The notes below the pieces were generated by a model that saw nothing but the letters and a program-made list of their open reading frames with translations, did not search any database and had not been told where the DNA came from. The position numbers and the translations under genes were made by a program. 19,906 bases of DNA, taken from Candidatus Methylomirabilia bacterium. GTDB lineage: Bacteria; Methylomirabilota; Methylomirabilia; Rokubacteriales; CSP1-6. Numbering within the stretch: position 1 is the first letter of the stretch; every line of letters starts with the position of its first letter. The stretch lies in contig JBGQHJ010000094.1 in assembly GCA_041497895.1 (NCBI GenBank), forward strand, positions 1 through 19,906, given 5' to 3'. Below are positions 1-7,134 of the stretch, one piece after another.

Positions 1-2
1 AC

Positions 3-722
3 GTCAAGTGGGCCACCATCGGGCCCAACTACGAGTACGGCAAGCGCGCGTGGGAGACCTTCCGCGACCGGCTGAAGGAGCTGAAGCCCGACGTGCAGGT
101 GGTGGGCGAGCACTGGCCCACGCTCGGCAAGATCGAGCCGGGCCCGCTGGTGACCGCCATCCTCAACCAGAACCCGGACGCGCTCTACGTCTCGCTCTTC
201 GGCAGCGACTGGCTCGCCTTCGTGCGCGAGGCGGGCAAGCGCGGGCTCTTCCAGAAGATGTTCGTGGTGGGCATCCTGCTCGGCGAGCCGGAGTACATCG
301 ACCCGCTCAAGCTCGAGGCCCCCGAGGGCATGCTGGTCACCGGCTACCCCTGGTACGACATCAAGATGCAGAGCCACCAGGAGTGGGTGGCCCGCTTCGT
401 CAAGCGCGGGGACAAGAACCCGGTGCTGGGCTCGCTGATCGGCTACGTCACCTACCAGTCGGTGGCCGAGGCGCTGCGGAAGGCGGGCGCCCCCGAGACC
501 GCGAAGCTGGTGGCCGCGTTCAAGGGCCTCAAGGTGGAGACCCCGATCGGGCCGGTGACCTTCCGCGCCTCCGACGGGCAGTCCACGATGGGCGCGTGGG
601 TCGGCACGACCAAGGTCGACGCCCAGCGGGGCGTCGGCATCATGGTCAACCACGAGTACATCCCGGGCGAGAAGGTGCTGCCGTCCGACGAAGAAGTGAA
701 GAAGCTCCGCCCGGCCAATTAG
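3..722 (+). CDS. ABC transporter substrate-binding protein, Liv/HAAT type (periplasmic binding fold I); 5' end lies outside the window
   Basis: Frame is open from the window edge (VKWATIGPNYEYGKRAWETF...) into track ORF 93..722. It has a PNYEYG motif and a C-terminal 'GLKVETPIGPVTFRASDGQ' typical of Liv-type binding proteins, and lies directly upstream of Liv-type permease and ATPase genes. Confidence 0.88.
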   Translation, partial: VKWATIGPNYEYGKRAWETFRDRLKELKPDVQVVGEHWPTLGKIEPGPLVTAILNQNPDALYVSLFGSDWLAFVREAGKRGLFQKMFVVGILLGEPEYIDPLKLEAPEGMLVTGYPWYDIKMQSHQEWVARFVKRGDKNPVLGSLIGYVTYQSVAEALRKAGAPETAKLVAAFKGLKVETPIGPVTFRASDGQSTMGAWVGTTKVDAQRGVGIMVNHEYIPGEKVLPSDEEVKKLRPAN

Positions 723-728
723 CCGCAA

Positions 729-762
729 CCCTCACCCTGCCCTCTCCCTCCCAGGGAGAGGG
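729..762 (+). repeat. Palindromic REP/BoxC-like element, copy 1
   Basis: CCCTCACCCTG head followed by hairpin CCCTCTCCCT (740-749), loop CCC, AGGGAGAGGG (753-762). The 20-mer CCCTCACCCTGCCCTCTCCC is shared exactly with copies 2 and 3. Confidence 0.9.
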
Positions 763-775
763 AGAATCGTGATCA

Positions 776-813
776 CCCTCTCCCCCGTCGAGGGGGAGAG
801 GGCAGGGTGAGGG
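776..813 (-). repeat. Palindromic REP/BoxC-like element, copy 2 (inverted relative to copy 1)
   Basis: Hairpin CCCTCTCCCCC (776-786), loop GTCGA, GGGGGAGAGGG (792-802), then CAGGGTGAGGG. Positions 794-813 are the exact reverse complement of 729-748. Confidence 0.9.
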
Positions 814-827
814 GGCGGGCCTACCTC

Positions 828-2654
828 ATGTCCCTCCTCCTCGTGCAGCTCCTGAGCGGGCTCGCGAACGCGATGTTCCTGTTCCTCATCGCGTCGGGCC
901 TCTCGCTCATCTTCGGCGTCACCCGCATCGTCAACTTCGCCCACGGCTCCTTCTACATGCTGGCCGCCTACCTGACCTACTCGCTGGCCGCGGTGCTGCC
1001 GGGCGGGCCGGCCGCGTTCTACCTGGCCGCGCTGCTGGCCGCGTTGGCGGTGGCCGCCATCGGCGGGCTGGTCGAGGTGCTGCTCCTCCGCCGCGTCTAC
1101 CGCGCGCCCGAGCTCTACCAGCTCCTGCTCACCTTCGCGCTGGTCCTGGTGACCGCCGACGTGGTGCGCTACGTCTGGGGCGCCGACAACAAGACCGGGC
1201 CCGCCGCGCCGGGGCTGGCCGGCTCGGTGCCCGTCGCGGGCCAGCTCTTTCCCTCCTACGACCTCGCGATCATCGTCTTCGGCCCGCTGGTGGCCCTCGG
1301 CCTCTGGCTCCTCTTCCATCGCACCCGGTGGGGCGTGCTGATCCGCGCGGCCACCCAGGACCGCGAGATGGTGGCCGCGCTCGGCGTCGACCAGGCCCGC
1401 CTGTTCACCTCGGTCTTCGTGCTGGGCTCCTTCCTCGCCGGCCTGGGGGGCGCGCTCCAGGTGCCGCGGCTGGCCCTGACCACCGTGATGGACACCTCGG
1501 TCATCGTGGAGGCCTTCGTGGTGGTGGTGATCGGGGGCATGGGCTCGGTGTGGGGCGCGCTGCTCGCCTCGCTCCTCATCGGCGTGCTCAACGCCTACGG
1601 CGTGCTGCTCCTGCCGAAGGCCGCCATCGTGCTGATCTTCGTGGTCATGGCGGTGGTGCTCGTGGTGCGGCCGTGGGGGCTCCTCGGGCGGCCCGAGATC
1701 CAGCTCCGGCCGCCGGGCAGCGGCGTGGTGTCCGACCGGCCGCCGCGGCGCTTCCATCCCGCGTGGGCGGTGGCGGCGCTCGCAATCCTCGCCGGTCTGC
1801 CGCTCGCCCTGCCGACCTTCTGGATCTCCATCGCGGTGGAGATCTTCGCGTTCGCGCTCTTCGCGGCGAGCCTGCACCTGCTGATGGCGGTGGGCGGCAT
1901 GGTCTCGTTCGGCCACGCGGCCTACTTCGGCCTGGGCGCCTACGGCGCCGCGCTGCTGCTGAAGCTGGGCGGCCTGCCCATGCCGGCCGCCTTCGTGGTG
2001 GCCCCGCTGGTGGCCGCGCTGGCCGCCGTGGTCTTCGGCTACTTCTGCGTGCGGCTCAGCAGCATCTACTTCGCGATGCTCACCCTGGCCTTCGCGCAGA
2101 TCGTGTACGCGATCGTCCATCAGTGGGACGAGATCACCGGCGGCGACAACGGCATCCTGAGCGTCTGGCCCGCCCCCTGGCTGGCCACCCCGGGCCGGTA
2201 CTACTACTGGGCGCTCGCGGCCGCCGTGGTGGGGATCGTCCTGCTGCGACGGGTTGCGGCCTCGCCCTTCGGGCTCACCCTGCGCGCGGTCCGCGATCAC
2301 GCGCGGCGGGCCGAGGCCCTCGGGGTCAACATCCGCGGGCTCCAGTGGACCGCGTTCGTGGTGGCGGGCTTCGTGGCCGGGATCGGCGGGGCGGTCTTCG
2401 CCTTCCTCAAGGGCAGCGTGTTCCCGGTCTACACCGAGTCGCCGATGTCGGTGCAGCCCCTGGTGATGGTGCTGCTGGGCGGGGTGGGATCGCCCTCCGG
2501 CCCGCTGGTGGGCGCGGCGGTCTACAAGCTGCTCGACACCGTGATCACCCGCTACACCGACTACTGGCAGCTCGTCCTGGGCGCCATCCTGATGGTGCTG
2601 GTGCTCGCCTTCCCGCGGGGCATCGCGGGCGTGCTCGACGGCCGGCGCCCGTGA
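828..2654 (+). CDS. Fused LivH-LivM type ABC transporter permease
   Basis: N-half has LivH motifs (GLSLIFGVTRIVNFAHGSFYM, GGMGS). C-half has LivM motifs (GMVSFGHAAYFGLGAY, YFAMLTLAF, TGGDNGI, LLGGVGS). A polar linker joins them. ATG 828 is preferred over GTG 807, which lies inside the repeat. Confidence 0.92.
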   Translation: MSLLLVQLLSGLANAMFLFLIASGLSLIFGVTRIVNFAHGSFYMLAAYLTYSLAAVLPGGPAAFYLAALLAALAVAAIGGLVEVLLLRRVYRAPELYQLLLTFALVLVTADVVRYVWGADNKTGPAAPGLAGSVPVAGQLFPSYDLAIIVFGPLVALGLWLLFHRTRWGVLIRAATQDREMVAALGVDQARLFTSVFVLGSFLAGLGGALQVPRLALTTVMDTSVIVEAFVVVVIGGMGSVWGALLASLLIGVLNAYGVLLLPKAAIVLIFVVMAVVLVVRPWGLLGRPEIQLRPPGSGVVSDRPPRRFHPAWAVAALAILAGLPLALPTFWISIAVEIFAFALFAASLHLLMAVGGMVSFGHAAYFGLGAYGAALLLKLGGLPMPAAFVVAPLVAALAAVVFGYFCVRLSSIYFAMLTLAFAQIVYAIVHQWDEITGGDNGILSVWPAPWLATPGRYYYWALAAAVVGIVLLRRVAASPFGLTLRAVRDHARRAEALGVNIRGLQWTAFVVAGFVAGIGGAVFAFLKGSVFPVYTESPMSVQPLVMVLLGGVGSPSGPLVGAAVYKLLDTVITRYTDYWQLVLGAILMVLVLAFPRGIAGVLDGRRP

Positions 2655-3412
2655 ACGGGCCTCCGGCCACGCCGGTGCTGGAGACGCGCGGGCTCTCCAA
2701 GTCCTTCGGCGGCGTGCGGGCGGTGAGCGGCGTCGACCTGGCGATGCCAAAAGGAGAGATCCGTGCCCTGATCGGGCCGAACGGGGCGGGCAAGACCACG
2801 TTCTTCAACATGCTCACCGGTCAGCTCCGGGCCGACGCGGGCGAGGTGCGCTTCAAGGGGGCACGGCTCAGCGGGCTGCCGCCGTACGCGGTGTGGCGCC
2901 GCGGGGTGAGCCGGACGTTCCAGATCACCGCCACCTTCGCCACGCTCACCGCGCTCGACAACGTGCGGGTGGCCCGCCTCTCGCACACCGGCAAGACCTA
3001 CTCGCTGCTGGCGGCGGCGTCGCGGCTGCAGGCCGACGAGGCCCGCGCACTGCTGGAGCAGGTGGGGCTCGTCGAGCAGGCGGAGCGGGTCGCCGCGGTG
3101 CTGGCCTACGGTGACCTCAAGAAGCTCGAGCTGGCGGTCGCGCTCGCCAACGACCCCGAGGTCCTCCTGCTCGACGAGCCAACCGCGGGCATGGCTCCGG
3201 CCGAGCGCGGGGCGCTGATGGCGCTGACCGAGCGGATCGCGCGGGCGCGCGGGCTGACCGTGCTCTTCACCGAGCACGACATGGACGTGGTCTTCGCGGT
3301 CGCCGACCGGATCATGGTGCTCCACCAGGGCCGGGTCATCGCGGAGGGCCCGCCCGCGCTGGTGCGGGCGGACGCGCAGGTGCAGCGCGTGTACCTGGGC
3401 GAGGAGGCGTGA
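2651..3412 (+). CDS. livG: ABC transporter ATP-binding protein, LivG-like
   Basis: C-terminal part of track ORF 1328..3412. Walker A GPNGAGKT, RTFQ Q-loop, LAYGD signature, Walker B LLLDEPTAGM, EHDM switch and VYLG end. GTG 2651 overlaps the permease stop (GTGA). Confidence 0.9.
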   Translation: MNGPPATPVLETRGLSKSFGGVRAVSGVDLAMPKGEIRALIGPNGAGKTTFFNMLTGQLRADAGEVRFKGARLSGLPPYAVWRRGVSRTFQITATFATLTALDNVRVARLSHTGKTYSLLAAASRLQADEARALLEQVGLVEQAERVAAVLAYGDLKKLELAVALANDPEVLLLDEPTAGMAPAERGALMALTERIARARGLTVLFTEHDMDVVFAVADRIMVLHQGRVIAEGPPALVRADAQVQRVYLGEEA

Positions 3413-4101
3413 TGCTCGAGCTGGAGGCGGTGGAGGGCGGCTACGGCCTCTCCCGGGTCCTGCACGGAGTGAGCCTGCGGGCGGGGGCGGGTGAGGTGGT
3501 CTCGCTGCTGGGACGCAACGGGGCCGGCAAGTCGACCACGCTCAAGTCCATCGTGGGGCTCGTCGAGGTCACCGGCGGCCGCATCCGTTTCGACGGGCGG
3601 GAGATCACCCGGCGGCCGACCCATGAGATCAGCCGGCTCGGGGTCGGATACGTGCCCGAGGAGCGGCGCATCTTCGGCGACCTGAGCGTCGCGGAGAACC
3701 TGATGGTCGGCCGGAAGGGCGCGGGCGCCTGGGACGCGGCCCGGGTCTACGAGTTCTTCCCCAAGCTGGAGGAGATGGCGGGGCGTCGGGCCGGGAGCCT
3801 CTCGGGAGGGGAGCAGCAGATGCTCACGGTGGCCCGCACCCTCATGGGCAACCCGCGGGTGCTGCTGCTCGACGAGCCGTCGGAGGGCCTGGCCCCGGTG
3901 ATCGTGCGCGCGCTGGGGGATCAGATCGCGGCGCTCAAGCGGGAGGGCTTGACGATCCTGCTCTCCGAGCAGAATCTCAAGTTCGCGGCGCGGCTGGCCG
4001 ACCGGGCCTACATCATCGAGAAGGGGGAGATTCGCTTCGACGGGCCGATGGCGGCCCTGATGGGCGACGAGGGGTTGAGGCGGAAGTATCTGATGGTGTG
4101 A
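3412..4101 (+). CDS. livF: ABC transporter ATP-binding protein, LivF-like
   Basis: GRNGAGKST, YVPEERRIF, LSGGEQQM, LLLDEPSEGLAP and SEQN motifs. Start is ATG 3412 (TGATG coupling, GAGGAGG upstream) or GTG 3409. Confidence 0.92.
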   Translation: MLELEAVEGGYGLSRVLHGVSLRAGAGEVVSLLGRNGAGKSTTLKSIVGLVEVTGGRIRFDGREITRRPTHEISRLGVGYVPEERRIFGDLSVAENLMVGRKGAGAWDAARVYEFFPKLEEMAGRRAGSLSGGEQQMLTVARTLMGNPRVLLLDEPSEGLAPVIVRALGDQIAALKREGLTILLSEQNLKFAARLADRAYIIEKGEIRFDGPMAALMGDEGLRRKYLMV

Positions 4102-4126
4102 GGTGCGAGCGGTAACGAGAAACCAT

Positions 4127-4160
4127 CCCTCACCCTGCCCTCTCCCCTGAGGGGAGAGGG
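4127..4160 (+). repeat. Palindromic REP/BoxC-like element, copy 3
   Basis: CCCTCACCCTGCCCTCTCCC at 4127-4146, with stem CCCTCTCCCC (4138-4147), loop TGA, GGGGAGAGGG (4151-4160). Intergenic between livF and the amidohydrolase gene. Confidence 0.9.
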
Positions 4161-4183
4161 GAATAGGGAGGCCGGAGGCGACC

Positions 4184-5359
4184 TTGAAAGTGCTGATCAG
4201 GAACATCGGGCAGATCGTGTCGGGGGACATCGCGCGGCCGCTGCTCGACGGCGACTCGATCGTGGCCGACGGGGGCAAGATCATGGCGGTCGGGCGGGGG
4301 CTCGACGACGACGCGGATACCGTCATCGACGCCCGCGGTAGCACCGTCGTGCCGGGCCTCATCGACTCGCACTGCCACCCCGTCTTCGGCGACTTCACGC
4401 CGCGCCAGCGCACGATCGACTTCATCGAGTCCGGTCTCAACGGCGGCATCACCACCATGATCTCGGCCGGCGAGGTGCACCTGCCCGGGCGCCCGAAGGA
4501 CATCGTGGGGCTCAAGGCGCTGGCCATCGTGGCCGCGAAGGCCTACGCCAACCTGCGGCCGGCCGGCGTGAAGATGCACGCGGGCGCGCCGATCCTGGAG
4601 CTCGGGATGGTGGAGGAGGACTTCGCGGAGATGGCGCGGGCCGGCGTGAAGCTCGTGGGCGAGATCGGCCTGGGCTCGGTGCGGACCGGCAAGGACGCGG
4701 CGCCGATGGTGAAGTGGGCCAGGAAGCATGGCATGACCGTGACCATCCACACCGGTGGACCGTCGATCGCGGGCTCCAGCGCGATCGGCGGGGACGTGGT
4801 GCTGGAGGCCGACCCCGACGTGGTCGGCCACATCAACGGCGGGACCACCTCGATGAGCGAGCGCGAGATCGACGCGCTCGTCGCCACCCAGATGGCCCTC
4901 GAGATCGTCCACTGCGGCAACGGCAAGACCGCGCTGCACGCCCTGCGGCGCGCCCGCGAGGCCGGGGCCGCCCACCGCATCATCATCGGCCTCGACGCGC
5001 CCTCGGGCACCGGGGTGGTGCCGCTCGGCATCCTGCGGGTGCTCGCCCATCTGGTCTCGCTCGGCGGGGTCGCCCCCGAGGAGGCGGTCTGCATGGCCAC
5101 CGGCAACACCGCGCGGGTCTACAAGCTGCCGACCGGCGTGATCGCGCCGGGGCGGGACGCCGACCTCTGCATCGTCGACGCCCCGATCGGCTCGCAGGGC
5201 CGGACCGCGCTCGAGGCGCTGCAGGTGGGCGATCTCTTCGGGGTGTCCATGATCCTCATCGACGGACAGATCAAGATCGGGCGGAGCCGCAACACCCCGC
5301 CCGCCACACGCGCGGCGGAAGTGGTCAAGGGGCAGGGCCCCGCCGCAGGAGGGCACTGA
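4184..5359 (+). CDS. ena: Enamidase-like metal-dependent amidohydrolase
   Basis: TTG start with GGAGG at 4174-4178. Amidohydrolase PGLIDSHCH motif plus GEIG, HTGG, GHINGG and DAPSG metal-ligand positions. Many stretches match Eubacterium barkeri enamidase as I recall it (NIGxIVSGDI, PRQ, TTMISAG, PGRPKD, RPAGVK, DAAPMV, CGN, AVCMATGN, SRNTPPA). Confidence 0.88.
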   Translation: MKVLIRNIGQIVSGDIARPLLDGDSIVADGGKIMAVGRGLDDDADTVIDARGSTVVPGLIDSHCHPVFGDFTPRQRTIDFIESGLNGGITTMISAGEVHLPGRPKDIVGLKALAIVAAKAYANLRPAGVKMHAGAPILELGMVEEDFAEMARAGVKLVGEIGLGSVRTGKDAAPMVKWARKHGMTVTIHTGGPSIAGSSAIGGDVVLEADPDVVGHINGGTTSMSEREIDALVATQMALEIVHCGNGKTALHALRRAREAGAAHRIIIGLDAPSGTGVVPLGILRVLAHLVSLGGVAPEEAVCMATGNTARVYKLPTGVIAPGRDADLCIVDAPIGSQGRTALEALQVGDLFGVSMILIDGQIKIGRSRNTPPATRAAEVVKGQGPAAGGH

Positions 5360-5928
5360 TGAAGATCCGCAAGCTGGTGACGGTGGTCGAGGAGATCCAG
5401 GAGGACGGCGGCCGCCGCCTCGACCGGCCGCTGCGCAAGGTGGCGGCGGTGGCGGTGATCGAGAACCCGTTCGCGGGCCGCTTCGTGGAGGACCTGCAGG
5501 AGCTGGTCAAGACCGGCGAGGAGCTGGGCGACCTGCTCGGCCGGCGCGCGGTGGCCGCGCTGGGGGCGGGGGTGCACTCCTACGGCAAGGCCGCCATCGT
5601 CGGGGTCGACGGCGAGTACGAGCACGCCGCCGCCATCCTGCACCCGACGCTGGGGACGCCGTTCCGCGCCCTGGTGCACGGCGGCAAGGCCATCATTCCC
5701 TCCGCCAAGAAGCTGGGCGGGCCCGGCACCACCATCGACGTCCCCCTCCACTACAAGGACGCCGCCTTCGTCCGCACCCACTTCGACGCGATGGAGGTGC
5801 GCCTCAACGACGCGCCCCGGGCCGGGGAGATCCTGGTCGTGCTCGCCGTCACCGACGGCGGCCGCCCCCACGCCCGTGTCGGCGGCCTCACCGTCGCCGA
5901 CGCCAAGAAAGAAGATGGCCTCCGATGA
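5359..5928 (+). CDS. DUF1185 ('amino acid synthesis' family) protein, 189 aa
   Basis: C-terminal part of track ORF 4714..5928. ATG 5359 is coupled to the enamidase stop (TGATG). Family motifs IRK, AVIENPFAGRFVEDL, SYGKAAIVG-GEYEHAAAILH, HYKDAAFVRTHFD, DAPRAGE and GGRPHARVGG. Confidence 0.88.
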   Translation: MKIRKLVTVVEEIQEDGGRRLDRPLRKVAAVAVIENPFAGRFVEDLQELVKTGEELGDLLGRRAVAALGAGVHSYGKAAIVGVDGEYEHAAAILHPTLGTPFRALVHGGKAIIPSAKKLGGPGTTIDVPLHYKDAAFVRTHFDAMEVRLNDAPRAGEILVVLAVTDGGRPHARVGGLTVADAKKEDGLR

Positions 5929-7106
5929 GCGCCAAAGGCGCGAAGAGGCCAAACCGCAGCCCGAAGAAGATCGCCGCGTCGCGACTCAGAAAGAGAAGCC
6001 CCGGTGGCAGCAGGACAGCGCGCTCAAAAAAGAGCAGTGCCGGCAGCACCACGCCAGCGCGCTCAAAAAAGAGAAGCCCCTCACCCCGCGGCGTCCCGCC
6101 GATGCCGAGAACCAGCGGCATCAAGTTCGGCCTGCGCCTCCCCAGCTTCGCGCTCGGCGCCCGCACCGCGACCCTCGCCCAGATGGGCGCCTACCTGCGC
6201 CGCGCGGAGGACCTGGGCTTCGACTGCGCGGTGTCCATCGACCACCTCCTGCTGACCCCGCCGGCCTACGCGTGCACCTGGCTCGAGCCGGTGGCGCTGC
6301 TGTCGGCCCTGGCCGGCGTCACCCGCACGATCAAGCTCGGCACCATGGTGCTGGTGCTGCCGCTGCGCAACCCGGCCTACTTCGCCAAGGAGTGGGCGAC
6401 CCTCGATCTGCTGTCGGGCGGCCGCAGCATCCTGGGCGTGGGGGTGGGCTGGCACGAGGAGGAGTTCGCGCTCATGGGCGTGCCGCACAAGGAGCGCGGC
6501 CGGCGCATGGACGAGATGCTGGAGGCGGTCACCGCGCTCTGGGCCGGCGACGACGTGAGCTACGACGGCAAGTACTACAAGTTCCGCAACCTGACCATCG
6601 ATCCCAAGCCGCTCCAGAAGCCGCACCCGCCCATCTGGATCGGCGGGGGCAGCCAGCCCTTCGAGAAGGTCTACGGCCAGACGGTCACCAACATCGACCC
6701 GGTGCTGCGGCGCATCGCCAAGTACGCGAGGACGTGGGTGCCCCACTCCTCGGCCACCGCCGACATGGTCAAGGGCGACTGGGAGAAGATCCAGCGCTTC
6801 ATGGCCGAGGCCGGCCGCAAGCCCGGCGACATGAGCAAGGTCTACTCGAACTTCGTGTGGGTTCTCAAGAAGGGTGAGAGGCCGGAGACCGCGATCCCGC
6901 ACTTCAAGACCTTCTCCGGCATGGATCTGCCGTACTGGCGGGAGTTCTATCTCCTGGGCGAGGCCGAGGAGCTGGCCGAGAAGATCCGCGCCAAGGTGGC
7001 CAACCTCGGCGGCTGCGAGCAGATCGTGCTCAACCCGCTCGACTGGAGCATGGAGCAGCTCGAGCTGCTGGCCGGCGAGGTGCTGCCGCGCGTGGCCCGG
7101 CCGTGA
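5925..7106 (+). CDS. LLM-class (luciferase-like) flavin- or deazaflavin-dependent oxidoreductase with a basic N-terminal extension
   Basis: AEDLGFD, IDHLL, AGVTRTIKLGT, LRNP-FAKEWATLDLLSGGR-LGVGVGW-EEF and PKPLQKPHPPIWIGGG motifs. ATG 5925 overlaps the DUF1185 stop (ATGA). The alternative ATG 6102 at the domain start has no Shine-Dalgarno sequence. Confidence 0.9.
   Translation: MSAKGAKRPNRSPKKIAASRLRKRSPGGSRTARSKKSSAGSTTPARSKKRSPSPRGVPPMPRTSGIKFGLRLPSFALGARTATLAQMGAYLRRAEDLGFDCAVSIDHLLLTPPAYACTWLEPVALLSALAGVTRTIKLGTMVLVLPLRNPAYFAKEWATLDLLSGGRSILGVGVGWHEEEFALMGVPHKERGRRMDEMLEAVTALWAGDDVSYDGKYYKFRNLTIDPKPLQKPHPPIWIGGGSQPFEKVYGQTVTNIDPVLRRIAKYARTWVPHSSATADMVKGDWEKIQRFMAEAGRKPGDMSKVYSNFVWVLKKGERPETAIPHFKTFSGMDLPYWREFYLLGEAEELAEKIRAKVANLGGCEQIVLNPLDWSMEQLELLAGEVLPRVARP
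5977..6093 (+). repeat. Three degenerate tandem 39-nt units
   Basis: CAGCGCGCTCAAAAAAGAG occurs exactly at 6016-6034 and 6055-6073 (offset 39). AAAGAGAAGCCCC occurs at 5990-6002 and 6068-6080 (offset 78). Confidence 0.8.
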
Positions 7107-7134
7107 TCGGCCCCGCCGTGATCGAGACGAGCGG

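Noticed and set aside
729..813. Rho-independent terminators or IS terminal inverted repeats
   Set aside because: No U-tract follows the hairpins on either strand, genes continue on the same strand, and there is no transposase or clear target-site duplication.
1328..2650. N-terminal extension or permease-ATPase frameshift fusion suggested by ORF 1328..3412
   Set aside because: The upstream part is an off-frame reading of the permease. The GTGA overlap at 2651-2654 explains the junction as ordinary translational coupling.
6078..6086. Fourth copy of the palindromic repeat (CCCTCACCC)
   Set aside because: Only the 9-nt head matches and no hairpin follows, so it is compatible with chance.
5977..6093. 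Possible mini CRISPR array
   Set aside because: Only two exact 19-nt copies with a 20-nt gap, the intervening sequences resemble each other, the period is a multiple of 3 inside an ORF, and no cas genes are present.
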